A stretch of 64,000 nucleotides of DNA from an archaeon. GTDB taxonomy: Archaea; Hydrothermarchaeota; Hydrothermarchaeia; JALTZZ01. Of the stretch, positions 17,258 to 27,423 are shown piece after piece. Both the position numbers and the translations under genes were made by a program. The stretch's first letter is position 1. Each line of letters starts with the position of its first letter. The notes below the pieces were generated by a model. The model worked only from the letters and a program-made list of their open reading frames with translations, was not told where the DNA came from and did no database searches. Location of the stretch: NCBI GenBank assembly GCA_027051165.1, contig JALTZZ010000035.1, positions 4,870-68,869 of the forward strand. Reading direction: 5' to 3'.

Positions 17258-20200
17258 CTAAAGCTCGCATATCTCTCCTCTCGCACAGCCGCCAGAGTAT
17301 TCTGAGCTTACCTTTACATGCTCCCCAACGTATAGCACTTGCTTGCTCTTGCTTCCATATCTATAAACCGTTATTCCCTTGCACCTTAGCTTATAGGCAA
17401 GCAGAAATACCTTTCTAACATCCTCTAAGGTTGCGTTGTGCGGAAGATTTACTGTTTTAGCCACTGCATTATCTGTATACTTCTGAAAAGCCGCCTGCAT
17501 TCTTACGTGCCACTCCGGCTCTATATCGAGGGCGGTTACAAAGAGTCTTTTGACATCTCTTGGCACTCCATCTACGTTCTGCACAGAACCTACCTTGGCT
17601 ATCTTTGTTATAAGCTCCTTACTGTAAAATCCTCTCTTTTTAGCGATCTCCTCAAAAACTCTATTAACCTCAACGAGCCTAACTCCCTCTAAAACCTCTC
17701 TAACGTAGGCTACTGCAAACAGAGGCTCTATACCGCTTGTGGTTCCAGCTATTATGCTTATTGTTCCGGTAGGTGCTATTGTTGTTACTGTTGCATTTCT
17801 TAGAGCATCGTATCTGCCTTTATATATGCTCTTCTCAAATGCTGGAAATACTCCTCTTTCAAGTGCAAGCTCTCTCGAAACTTCTTTCGCAGTCTCGTTT
17901 ATAAACTTCATAACCCTTTCAGCCGTCTTGAGGGCTTCATCGCTGTCATAGGGTATTTCAAGCTTTATAAGCATCTCCGCAAAGCCCATTACTCCCAAAC
18001 CTATTTTTCTCGTTCTCTTTGTAGCCTCTTCTATCTCCTTCAGTGGATATCTGTTTACGTCTATAACGTTGTCCAAGAACCTTGTTGCAATTCTTACAAC
18101 CTCTCCGAGCCTCTCAAAATCTATTTCGTTGTTTTTAACGAACTTACTCAGATTTATTGACCCCAAATTACAGCTTTCATAAGGTAGCAGAGGAACCTCA
18201 CCACATGGATTTGTAGCCTCTATTGAGCCAAGCTCTGGCGTTGGATTGTGCCTGTTTATCTCATCGAGGAATATTATACCGGGATCTCCGCTTCTCCATG
18301 CGTTTGCAACCATGAGATCGAAAACGTCCCTTGCGTTTATCGTTCCAACAGCTTCGTTTGTTCTCGGATTTATAAGCTCGTAGTCTTCGCCTTTAATTGC
18401 CTTCTCCATGAACTCATCGGTAACAGCTACAGAAATGTTAAAGTTTTCAAAAACTCCCTCACGCTCTTTGCACGTTATGAATTCAAGGATATCTGGGTGA
18501 TTGTAGTTTAGTATTCCCATGTTTGCTCCTCTTCTCTTGCCACCTTGCTTTATAACATCCGTGGCAACATCGAATATTCGCATGAACGAAACGGGACCGC
18601 TGTTTGATGTATATACCCCGTTTCCAGAGAGTAGATGAACATCTCTAATCTCAAGGTCATAAACTTTTTTTCTTCCAATTTTTTCTATTTTAACAATTTT
18701 GTTTGGGTATAGCTTAGATAAAAGCTTAAAGTATTCTATCTCGCTTGAGTTTAGGTTTAATTTATCCTTTAGCTTTATTATTTTGTTTATGAATTCTCTA
18801 TGGGTTACCCTTGAATTATAGGAGAGTATTTTTAAATCTCTCTGCAGTTTCGCTCTAACTTTTTCATTTTCTATCTTATACATCACGTTAAATGGAAAAG
18901 AATACTTCTTGTTTTTACCCCTTTTTTCTAAATATTTTAAAGCCTTTTCAGCAATTCTTGATATTTTTACAGATTCCTTTAACTCCCTAAAAGCCTTTAT
19001 TTTCATGTCTTTTGTCTGAATTCTAAGAGAATAAACAGTTTTCCTCCTATTTTTTGGCTTATATATTTGAATGCTCGAAACAATTCCAAGAGCCAAGAGG
19101 AGAATCTGTAGATCCTTTATAAATTGCTCTGAGACGGATTTAAATACGATTCTGTAATTGTTATCAAAGCTCCCGTCCCCGTCGAAGAATCCAGATATGA
19201 AAGCTGATACAACTTCTGGCTTGCTTCTAAATATATGCTCTGGAACATATATTCTATCTGATTCTTTTTTTATTAATCCATTTTTTTCGAGAAATCTCAC
19301 AACCTTTGTTGATGGGATTACAAGGGTCGTTCTATTTCCATATGCATACTCTCTAACCTTTACGCCAAAAATCTCCTGAGATATTGACCTAACTTTCTCC
19401 TTTATGTCGTGCTCATTCTCGTTATTAAGATAAATTTCTATCCTTGCACATTTAACAGTTTTTCTTCCATTTCTATTGTATCCATATTTATATGAGATGT
19501 GTCCATCTGCATACAAAATTCCAAGTAAGTATGCGAGCTTTTCGTCGAGAACATTTGGTAGTTTGGCTTTGCTTCTGCTCTTAATTCTTGTGTTAAGCTC
19601 TACGTAATCTGTGGAGTATTTGTCCGGTATAAGTAGATATACATAGTCACCTACTTTAAGCTCTTTTAAAGGTTTTAAGTAAGGATTTCCATTTCTATCA
19701 AAGACAAAGAATTTATGATCCTCACTGACTTTTACTTCGTATCCGTCCTCAAGAACTACTCTGAATATCTCAAGTTCTCCGCTGTATCTGTTTAAAATAG
19801 GTTTATATCCTCTGTGAGTTGCAACTGATGTAAGGCTTTTGTTTTCAACAAGCTCCTTTATCTTTACAAAACCTTTGTTTGTCAAAATTCTTGTATCTCC
19901 AGAAAAGCATGCTATTCCTTTGGTGCTTTTAACAACGTCACCCTTTGGTCTTATCTTGCTGAAGTTGAATCCTGTTCCACCCCCAGCTTTATGTATTAGA
20001 GCTGTATATTTTATAGTATCGAATATACTCTCTAAACTGTCCTCTATTGGCAGAACGAAGCATGCACTGAGAACACCTAAGTCTGTGCCAGCGTTCATAA
20101 GCGTTGGTGAGTTCGGCAGAAACTCAAGGTTTGTCATTACCCTTAAAAACAGATTTTCCCATTTATCCCTCTCTTTTTCAATGCTTGCAATGGCTCTTGC

Positions 20201-20623
20201 AACCCTCTTAAACATTTGCAAAGGGGTTTCTATGATGTTTCCTTTTTCATCTCTTAAAAGATACCTACGCCTCAAAACTTCTATAGCATTTACTGTAAGC
20301 TTCAGTTCATCTTTATGAACGCCTAAGAACTTTTTTGCCTCTCTTATCTTTTCTCTTTCCTTTCTGTATAAAATATAAGCCTTAGCTACCTTTGCGTAGC
20401 CGTGCTTTATCAAAACTTCCTCAACGATATCTTGAACATCTTCTACATGTGGAATTCCCTTTATTCTTTCCTCCAATATTTTTACAACTTCATCTGCAAG
20501 TTTCTCAGCAACACTACCGTCTTTTTCTCCAGTTGCTATAAATGCTTTTAAAATTGCATTCTTTATTTTAGTCTTATCAAAGTCCTGTGTTGTGCCGTCT
20601 CTCTTTATAATCTTTTTTATCAT
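17258..20623 (-). CDS. nrdJ: Adenosylcobalamin-dependent (class II) ribonucleotide reductase with an N-terminal ATP-cone, interrupted by a 436-aa intein.
   Basis: ATP-cone KRDGTTQDFDKTKI, PNSPTLMNAG, GGGTGFNFSKIRPKGD..STKGIA|intein|SGPVSFM..QGGKRRGANMG and NPCGE. The mature extein is ~685 aa. Confidence 0.9.
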   Translation of the reverse strand: MIKKIIKRDGTTQDFDKTKIKNAILKAFIATGEKDGSVAEKLADEVVKILEERIKGIPHVEDVQDIVEEVLIKHGYAKVAKAYILYRKEREKIREAKKFLGVHKDELKLTVNAIEVLRRRYLLRDEKGNIIETPLQMFKRVARAIASIEKERDKWENLFLRVMTNLEFLPNSPTLMNAGTDLGVLSACFVLPIEDSLESIFDTIKYTALIHKAGGGTGFNFSKIRPKGDVVKSTKGIACFSGDTRILTNKGFVKIKELVENKSLTSVATHRGYKPILNRYSGELEIFRVVLEDGYEVKVSEDHKFFVFDRNGNPYLKPLKELKVGDYVYLLIPDKYSTDYVELNTRIKSRSKAKLPNVLDEKLAYLLGILYADGHISYKYGYNRNGRKTVKCARIEIYLNNENEHDIKEKVRSISQEIFGVKVREYAYGNRTTLVIPSTKVVRFLEKNGLIKKESDRIYVPEHIFRSKPEVVSAFISGFFDGDGSFDNNYRIVFKSVSEQFIKDLQILLLALGIVSSIQIYKPKNRRKTVYSLRIQTKDMKIKAFRELKESVKISRIAEKALKYLEKRGKNKKYSFPFNVMYKIENEKVRAKLQRDLKILSYNSRVTHREFINKIIKLKDKLNLNSSEIEYFKLLSKLYPNKIVKIEKIGRKKVYDLEIRDVHLLSGNGVYTSNSGPVSFMRIFDVATDVIKQGGKRRGANMGILNYNHPDILEFITCKEREGVFENFNISVAVTDEFMEKAIKGEDYELINPRTNEAVGTINARDVFDLMVANAWRSGDPGIIFLDEINRHNPTPELGSIEATNPCGEVPLLPYESCNLGSINLSKFVKNNEIDFERLGEVVRIATRFLDNVIDVNRYPLKEIEEATKRTRKIGLGVMGFAEMLIKLEIPYDSDEALKTAERVMKFINETAKEVSRELALERGVFPAFEKSIYKGRYDALRNATVTTIAPTGTISIIAGTTSGIEPLFAVAYVREVLEGVRLVEVNRVFEEIAKKRGFYSKELITKIAKVGSVQNVDGVPRDVKRLFVTALDIEPEWHVRMQAAFQKYTDNAVAKTVNLPHNATLEDVRKVFLLAYKLRCKGITVYRYGSKSKQVLYVGEHVKVSSEYSGGCARGEICEL
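18602..19909 (-). mobile_element. Intein (with LAGLIDADG homing endonuclease) in nrdJ, residues 239-674.
   Basis: Begins CFSGDTRIL after the extein KSTKGIA and ends GNGVYTSN before the extein SGPVSFM. LAGLIDADG blocks are LAYLLGILYADGHI and VVSAFISGFFDGDGSF. Codon positions were checked against the DNA. Confidence 0.85.
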
Positions 20624-20626
20624 CTA

Positions 20627-21295
20627 TCATTCTCCTTCAACATCAACAATTTCAACAATTTCACTTTTCCTCAAAAATCTCCTTTTAACCCTAAGAATTA
20701 CCTTGTCTCCTACCTTTATCCCTATATTTGGTCTTTTTATATAATAAATGCCCGGCTTAACTCCAGCACATATATCATAGTGAACCTTGACTTTTACGCT
20801 GTTGTTTACCTCTAAAACCTCTCCAAGCGTATAATCTCTGTAATACCTTGTAAAGTAGAGGAACGCCAGAACTGTGAGTAGAATAGCTATTACTGTGTAT
20901 AAAATTATGTTTATTCCTTTCGCTGAGATGAGAAAGGCAATTATTCCTATGTATATAATATAAATGTCTCTATACGGCTTATAGTCGGTAAACCTCCTTA
21001 TAGAGTTTATAGTAAGCATTCCATAGACAGATGCAACAAGCTCAAGCAGAACAACGGCTTTCTTAGAATGCAGAATGTTGGCTATGTAGAGAAAAACGAT
21101 GGATATCATAAATATTATTGTTAGTTGATATTTTAAAATTAAATAATCAACAAAATCCACCTTCTTTTCAAAAAATCTGTAGAGACTTATCCCTCTGGAC
21201 TTCTTCAATATTAATATTATAAATGTTATAAGATAGTATATAAATTTTTTAAACATCCTTATTGAGACACTGCCTATTCTCTCGTAAATGCTCAT
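20627..21295 (-). CDS. Membrane protein with a C-terminal NfeD-like beta-barrel (OB-fold) domain (NfeD short form), immediately upstream of nrdJ.
   Basis: 4-5 predicted TM helices followed by VKVKVHYD..GIYYIKRPNIGIKVGDKVILRV. Only 3 nt separate its stop from the nrdJ start. Confidence 0.4.
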   Translation of the reverse strand: MSIYERIGSVSIRMFKKFIYYLITFIILILKKSRGISLYRFFEKKVDFVDYLILKYQLTIIFMISIVFLYIANILHSKKAVVLLELVASVYGMLTINSIRRFTDYKPYRDIYIIYIGIIAFLISAKGINIILYTVIAILLTVLAFLYFTRYYRDYTLGEVLEVNNSVKVKVHYDICAGVKPGIYYIKRPNIGIKVGDKVILRVKRRFLRKSEIVEIVDVEGE

Positions 21296-21369
21296 ATGTT
21301 GTGAGTGATGGTTTTAAAAATTTAAAATTTTTGTTTTATTTCAAAGTTTGGTTAAACAAAAAACAAAAA

Positions 21370-22767
21370 TTAAAGACCTTTTACAAAGGATTCTGCAGCT
21401 TTCTGAAGGTAGTTTACTATTTCGCTTGGATACAAGCCTATTACTATAACAAGGATCACTGCAATTATTAGAGCAAGGGTAACGCTTAGAGGCTCGTTTA
21501 TTTTTGTCTCATTCTCAGCTTTTGCCCAATACATGTAGCTTATTATTCTGCCGTAGTAGAATATTGATATCGCACTGTTTACTACAAGAAGAACTGCTAA
21601 TACGTATCCCACGCTACCACCAGCGTATATCGCTGAAAGCAGTATGTAGAATTTGCTTAAAAATCCCGCAAGCGGTGGAACTCCAATTAAGGATAGCAAC
21701 AGTATTGTAAGCATTAGTGCGGTTATAGGTGCTTTTTTGCTAAGCCCCTTGTAATCTTCTATGTTTTCTCCAGCAACTATTCCAGCTATAAAGGCACCAG
21801 CCTTCATTACCGCATGCACGAGTATGTGTAGTAACGCCGCCGCAATCGCAAATATTGCAACTTTCGTGTTTAAGAGGGCTAAGGCTATTATTATGTAGCC
21901 AGCATGTCCTATGCTTGAGTATGCAAGCATACGCTTTATATTTGTTTGAGAGAGAGCTACGATATTTCCATACGTCATTGTAAGGGCTGCAAGTATTGCA
22001 AATGCAAGTGCCCAGTAGTTCGCTATTGGTGAAAGAGCTATATAGAATATTCTTAGAACCGCAAGAAAGCCCATCTTCTTGCTTGCACTCGATAGAAATG
22101 CACTAATCGGTGTTGGCGATCCCTGATATACATCTGGTGCCCATGCGTGGAATGGAAATGCTGCCATTTTAAATGCAAATCCAGCAACCAAGAAGAGGGA
22201 TGCGAGAATGCTCACCGTGTTGAGCTCAAGCCTGTTTATCATCTCGTATATGTTTGTAGTTCCCGTTAGTCCATACAGTAGCGACATTCCAAAGACTATT
22301 AAGCCAGAGGATACCACCGCAAATACGAAATACTTCATAGCCGCTTCGCTCGTCTGCTTATCTCTAAAGAAGCCTGCAAGAATAAAGCTTGGTATCGTTG
22401 CAAGTTCAAGGGCAACATACAGCATTAGGAGGTCTATGGAGCTCGCTAAGAGAAGCATGCCCATTAGGCTCATCAGCAACAGAGAGTAGTATTCCCCTTC
22501 CCTCTTGTTTATATCCTTCAGTGAGCTCAGTATTACAAGAAAGGCAACCGTTAGGAATACAGCCTTAAAAACTATTGCAAAATCGTCTACTGCATATATT
22601 CCCCATGCAGTCATTCTTGGAAGCTTGAATAGAGATACAAATGCAAGAGCTACTGCTAAGAGGCTTAAATATCCAAGAATCTTTCTCTGAGTTACTGTAT
22701 AGTTGAGGAGTATTATTAGGCTCGCAAACGCTCCAATAATTATTTCAGGAACTATATATCCCACCAT
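21370..22767 (-). CDS. nuoN: Complex I-like subunit N (NuoN/FpoN).
   Basis: 465-aa polytopic antiporter-like subunit, last gene of the operon. Confidence 0.85.
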   Translation of the reverse strand: MVGYIVPEIIIGAFASLIILLNYTVTQRKILGYLSLLAVALAFVSLFKLPRMTAWGIYAVDDFAIVFKAVFLTVAFLVILSSLKDINKREGEYYSLLLMSLMGMLLLASSIDLLMLYVALELATIPSFILAGFFRDKQTSEAAMKYFVFAVVSSGLIVFGMSLLYGLTGTTNIYEMINRLELNTVSILASLFLVAGFAFKMAAFPFHAWAPDVYQGSPTPISAFLSSASKKMGFLAVLRIFYIALSPIANYWALAFAILAALTMTYGNIVALSQTNIKRMLAYSSIGHAGYIIIALALLNTKVAIFAIAAALLHILVHAVMKAGAFIAGIVAGENIEDYKGLSKKAPITALMLTILLLSLIGVPPLAGFLSKFYILLSAIYAGGSVGYVLAVLLVVNSAISIFYYGRIISYMYWAKAENETKINEPLSVTLALIIAVILVIVIGLYPSEIVNYLQKAAESFVKGL

Positions 22768-22773
22768 CCTTGA

Positions 22774-24249
22774 TCACCTCGCAAGCAGCTTTTCGCTTGC
22801 TTGACTAATAATTTCCACAGCATGGAACGGATAAAGCCCAAGGAAAGCTATAAGGATTATCAGCACAGCTAATGCAACTGCTTCGCTTGATGTAAGCACC
22901 TCTTTAACCTTCTTTACCCTATCGTTTGGAGAGTTGAATATTGCCCTCTGAAGCATGAAGGAGTAGTATCCAGTTGTCAGTCCTATCGAAAGTGCTGCAA
23001 GGACAAGAACCCATAGAGGCATTATTCCCATTTTTACAGCGTTGTATAAGCCGAAGAGTATGAGGAGCTCTGCTACGAAACCGCTTAAGCCGGGCAAGCC
23101 AATGCTCGCCATGCTTGCATACACCATGCTCCATCCAACTTTTGGCATGCTCCTTGCAACTCCGCTGAGCTGTGATATGAGCCTCGTTTTTAAGTGCTGG
23201 TTCATTATACCGCATGCTAAGAAGAGCATCGCCACTATAAGCCCATGGCTCACCATCTGGAATATTGCACCGTTGAGCCCTGTTAGATTGAAGCTGAGCA
23301 AGCCGAGGAGAACGAAGCCCATGTGGCTGACGCTTGAATAAGCTATGAGCTTCTTTATATCATCCTGAGCCAGAGCTAAGAACCCAGCATAGAATATGCT
23401 GAGCAAGCCGAGGAGTGCTAAGGGATACGAATAAAGCTGGAAGAAGTCTTCAAAGAAGCTGAATGCCAATCTTATTAAACCGTAAGCTCCCATCTTTGAG
23501 ACCAGCGCTGCCAGTATAAGCGTTACTGGTGAAGGTGCCTGTGTGTATGCATGAGGTAGCCATGTGTGGAATGGAACAAATGGTATCTTGAATGCAAACC
23601 CTATGAACAGCAGCAAAAATACAAGCTTTGCCTCTTCGATGCTTAAACTGAGCGTCTTTTCAATCGCAATTATATTCGTTGTGTTCGTTGCAAACAGTAG
23701 CTTTAGAAAGCCAATCAGCATGAACAGACTTCCTACATGGGTGTATATAAAGAACTTCATTGCAGCATAGGTTTTCTCTTTACCCCCCCATATTCCTATT
23801 AAGAAGAATCCGGGTATTAGAACGAATTCCCAGAATACATAGAAGAAGAATAGATCAAGGCTCTCGTATATCCCTATGAGACCCATTTCCATTAGCAACA
23901 TTAGTGCATAGTATTCTGGAAGTCTGTATGTTATTCTATTCCAAGATGCAAGAATTGCAACCACGAATAAAACTGTTGTTAGCAGTATCATTGGCAGGCT
24001 TAAGCCATCTACGCCAAGACTGAACGTTATCTCCTTGTCAAATATTGTTAGCCACTTGTAGTTTACGCTCGGATAAAGGGACTCTGGATTGCTCATAAAC
24101 ATTGGTATGAGCGGAATGCTTGCAAGCAGTGTTAAAAGCGAAAATAGGAGTGCAATATGCTTTGCAGACTCCTCATTGCCCTTTCCAAACACATAGGTCA
24201 ATACCGCACCTATTAGCGGCAACAGTATAAGCATTGTTAGAGGCTCCAT
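22774..24249 (-). CDS. nuoM: Complex I-like subunit M.
   Basis: 491-aa antiporter-like subunit, with position in the operon consistent. Confidence 0.85.
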   Translation of the reverse strand: MEPLTMLILLPLIGAVLTYVFGKGNEESAKHIALLFSLLTLLASIPLIPMFMSNPESLYPSVNYKWLTIFDKEITFSLGVDGLSLPMILLTTVLFVVAILASWNRITYRLPEYYALMLLMEMGLIGIYESLDLFFFYVFWEFVLIPGFFLIGIWGGKEKTYAAMKFFIYTHVGSLFMLIGFLKLLFATNTTNIIAIEKTLSLSIEEAKLVFLLLFIGFAFKIPFVPFHTWLPHAYTQAPSPVTLILAALVSKMGAYGLIRLAFSFFEDFFQLYSYPLALLGLLSIFYAGFLALAQDDIKKLIAYSSVSHMGFVLLGLLSFNLTGLNGAIFQMVSHGLIVAMLFLACGIMNQHLKTRLISQLSGVARSMPKVGWSMVYASMASIGLPGLSGFVAELLILFGLYNAVKMGIMPLWVLVLAALSIGLTTGYYSFMLQRAIFNSPNDRVKKVKEVLTSSEAVALAVLIILIAFLGLYPFHAVEIISQASEKLLAR

Positions 24250-24262
24250 TGCTTTCTACCCC

Positions 24263-26164
24263 CTAAATTGAGAGTATTATTAACAGAACACTTAATCCAA
24301 GGAATATCAGCGTAACATAATCCTGAATTTTACCTGTCTGAAGTTTCTTTATCACATCACCAAACATCAGTGTTACCTTTGCAATTCCGTCAACGATGTA
24401 TTTGTCGTATAACCTTTCAAGAACGTCAAGCAGAAGACTGAATACATAGACAATTCTCTCAGCGAAGTAGTTGTATGCATGGTCAAAGTAATACTTGTTG
24501 TTCACAAGCGTGTGTATAGGCTTGAATGTCCTTACTATCGTTTCACTCGAAACAACTTTTAGATAATAAACCGCAAAGACTGTTAGGAATGAAATCACAG
24601 CTATAATTGCAGAGATTACTGCTATTTTTTCATGCTCGTCTTCTGTGAGATGGGGCAGATGATAGGGCGCATATTCTCCCACCCAATCGCTTACAACTTC
24701 GTCGTAGCCAAACAGCTTAACCGTCGGGACTATAAACGAGCAAGCTGCAAGCACTATAAGCGGGACTGTCATTATTGCCGGAGACTCGTGAGCATGCTCT
24801 GCTTCCTTGCTTTTAGGCTTTCCAAGGAAGACTATGAAATACCATCTGAACAGATAAGCCACGCTCAGAAAGGCTGTTACCATTGTAAGGTAGTATAGAT
24901 AAATATATGCTGGCTCATGCATCGCACTCGCCTTTATTGCTGCGAGGATTTCATCTTTGCTCCAGAATCCGCCAAAGGGCGGAAGTCCGCTTAAACTCAC
25001 TATTGCAACAAGAGCTGTTATTGCAGTTATTGGCATCTTCTTCCACAAGCCGCCAAGCTTCCTTATGTCAATGCTTCTCGCATGAACAGCATGAAGAACG
25101 CTTCCGGTTGCAAGGAAGAGTAGAGCTTTAAACATTGAATGGTTTATAAGGTGATACATCCCCGCAGCTATGCTTCCAGAGCCAAGTGCAAGTGCAATAA
25201 AGCCAAGGTGACTCATCGTTGAATATGCAACTATACGCTTTATATCAATTCTAACCAAGCCCATGCTTGCAGCCATAAATGCTGTTATTGCTCCAATGTA
25301 GGCTACAACGAGCATTGCTGTGTCTGAGAGAACGTAGAGCGGATACATCCTTGCAACCATGTAGACACCAGCCTTTACCATCGTTACTGCATGTATGAGT
25401 GCACTAACCGTGGTTGGACCTTCCATAGCATCTGGAAGCCACACGTGCAGAGGCACTTGAGAGCTCTTACCCATAGCCCCTATAAAGAGTAACAGCGAAA
25501 CAATGGTTATCTGCTCTTCCGTAAGCTCTTTTGGTGCCCTTTCAAAGATTTCAACAATATCAAGTGTATGTAGCCAGTTGTATAGGAGAACGAGCCCGAG
25601 CATGAAGCCTATGTCTGCAACCCTCGTAACAATTATTGCCTTCTTCGCTGCACTTGCTGCGGTGCTATACTTATACCAGTATCCTATGAGGAGATATGAA
25701 CATAGACCTACAAGCTCCCATGCTATGAACAGCAACAGGATGTTTCTCGATATAACAAGCAAGAGCATGCTTGATATGAATAGGCTCATCTCTGCATAGT
25801 ATCTGTGCACGGTCTCATCGCCGTGCATATAGCCGAGGCTGTATATCATTATAATGAGGCTTCCAAAGGCTACTACAAAGAGCATTACCGCTGCAAGCTT
25901 ATCTATAAGCAATCCAAACTTAAATATCTCTTCTGCAAACCCTACACTCTCCTTGCTTATCCATGTAATACCGTTTTCATATGTAAGCTCTTTTCCACTG
26001 AGAACCTCTATAATTACAAATACTGAAAGTATGAAAGACAATGCAGTAAACAAAACCGCCACTATGCCACTTCTTTCACCCCATCTACTTCCAAACAGCG
26101 TTATAAGAACAAAAGCTACTGCTGGAAATGTTGGTATGAGCCATGCATACTCCAGAGCACTCAT
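24263..26164 (-). CDS. nuoL: Complex I-like subunit L.
   Basis: 633-aa antiporter-like subunit with a long C-terminal extension, with position in the operon consistent. Confidence 0.85.
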   Translation of the reverse strand: MSALEYAWLIPTFPAVAFVLITLFGSRWGERSGIVAVLFTALSFILSVFVIIEVLSGKELTYENGITWISKESVGFAEEIFKFGLLIDKLAAVMLFVVAFGSLIIMIYSLGYMHGDETVHRYYAEMSLFISSMLLLVISRNILLLFIAWELVGLCSYLLIGYWYKYSTAASAAKKAIIVTRVADIGFMLGLVLLYNWLHTLDIVEIFERAPKELTEEQITIVSLLLFIGAMGKSSQVPLHVWLPDAMEGPTTVSALIHAVTMVKAGVYMVARMYPLYVLSDTAMLVVAYIGAITAFMAASMGLVRIDIKRIVAYSTMSHLGFIALALGSGSIAAGMYHLINHSMFKALLFLATGSVLHAVHARSIDIRKLGGLWKKMPITAITALVAIVSLSGLPPFGGFWSKDEILAAIKASAMHEPAYIYLYYLTMVTAFLSVAYLFRWYFIVFLGKPKSKEAEHAHESPAIMTVPLIVLAACSFIVPTVKLFGYDEVVSDWVGEYAPYHLPHLTEDEHEKIAVISAIIAVISFLTVFAVYYLKVVSSETIVRTFKPIHTLVNNKYYFDHAYNYFAERIVYVFSLLLDVLERLYDKYIVDGIAKVTLMFGDVIKKLQTGKIQDYVTLIFLGLSVLLIILSI

Positions 26165-26165
26165 T

Positions 26166-26468
26166 TTACCACCTCATCTCCTTTATTTTACCAACGTTGA
26201 GCGTTAGATAATTTCTATATATCATCATTACAATTGCAAGACCCACCGCAGCTTCTGCAGCCGCTATTATTATTGTAAACAGCACAAAGACGTTCCCTGT
26301 TATATCACCCATGTATCTGGAGAATGCTATAAAATTCAAATTTGCAGAGTTAAGCAGTATTTCAACACCCATAAGTATCCTTATCATGTTTCTTGTCGTC
26401 AGTATCCCGAACACGCCTATTGAGAAGAGTATGAGCGAGAGCATAATATAGCTTGACAGCGGAACCAT
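26166..26468 (-). CDS. nuoK: Complex I-like subunit K.
   Basis: 100 aa with 3 TM helices, with position in the operon consistent. Confidence 0.8.
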   Translation of the reverse strand: MVPLSSYIMLSLILFSIGVFGILTTRNMIRILMGVEILLNSANLNFIAFSRYMGDITGNVFVLFTIIIAAAEAAVGLAIVMMIYRNYLTLNVGKIKEMRW

Positions 26469-26475
26469 ACCCCTT

Positions 26476-26958
26476 TCACCCCCTCCTCCTTGCTAAATAT
26501 ATGGCACCTATCATCGCTGCAAGTAAAAGAAAGCTCGCTGCTTCAAATGGTATTACATACGTCTGGAAGAGCTTTGTCCCAACGCTCGCACCAGTTGCAG
26601 AGAACTCTTTTTCTGGCACGTATTTTTCCCATGTATGCTTCGCTAAGTAAAAGAGCGATAGAACGACAAACGCTATAAGGGCAACAGCTCTCGATGTCGT
26701 TACCTCAGATACCGATGGCTCTCTTTCCTTTGTAAGCATTATTGCGAAGAGTATTAACACAAGAACGCCACCAGCATATACAAGTATCTGGACTGCGGCT
26801 ATAAACTCTGCGTTCAGCATTGCAAAGAACATAGCCATTGTGACCAAGAGTAGACTTAAGGAAAGTGCACCCCTAAATATATTCTTCGATAAAAACACAA
26901 ATAAACTTGAAACAACGGCTATAACGCTGAGGATTAAAAACATTATTAAATCTTTCAT
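26476..26958 (-). CDS. nuoJ: Complex I-like subunit J.
   Basis: 160-aa membrane subunit between nuoI and nuoK. Confidence 0.75.
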   Translation of the reverse strand: MKDLIMFLILSVIAVVSSLFVFLSKNIFRGALSLSLLLVTMAMFFAMLNAEFIAAVQILVYAGGVLVLILFAIMLTKEREPSVSEVTTSRAVALIAFVVLSLFYLAKHTWEKYVPEKEFSATGASVGTKLFQTYVIPFEAASFLLLAAMIGAIYLARRRG

Positions 26959-27423
26959 TTATACCTCCTCCCTTGTTTTTGCAAGATCTTCATATGTTTT
27001 TAAAAGTTCTTCCCTTGTATAACCAGCCATTTCATAATTTCTCGTAAGCTTAATTGCTTTTGTTGGACAGTTCTCCTCGCAGAGACCGCAGAACATGCAT
27101 CTACCAAGATAAACATTTGGATGCTTCTTTGGTTTTTTAACAACCTTGCCGCTCTTTAGTTTTGTTTCTATAACACCAGCGGTGACCATCTCTATAGTTT
27201 TGTTTGGACATACCCTTGCACATGTGCCGCAGCCTATACATTTGTTTAAATCAAGCTTGTGCATGCCTATGGAATGACTTGGTAAAGTAAGCCTCTCCTC
27301 CGGATACTGAACGGTAATTGGCTTTATAAATAAATGCCTAAATGTAATGGAGAGGGGTATTATGTGCAGAACTCTTATAATTTTTCTTAATACACCCATA
27401 TCTTCTTCACCCCACCACAGCAA
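26959..27423 (-). CDS. nuoI: Complex I-like subunit I (2x[4Fe-4S] ferredoxin).
   Basis: CIGCGTCARVCP and CMFCGLCEENCP. Confidence 0.9.
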   Translation of the reverse strand: MLWWGEEDMGVLRKIIRVLHIIPLSITFRHLFIKPITVQYPEERLTLPSHSIGMHKLDLNKCIGCGTCARVCPNKTIEMVTAGVIETKLKSGKVVKKPKKHPNVYLGRCMFCGLCEENCPTKAIKLTRNYEMAGYTREELLKTYEDLAKTREEV

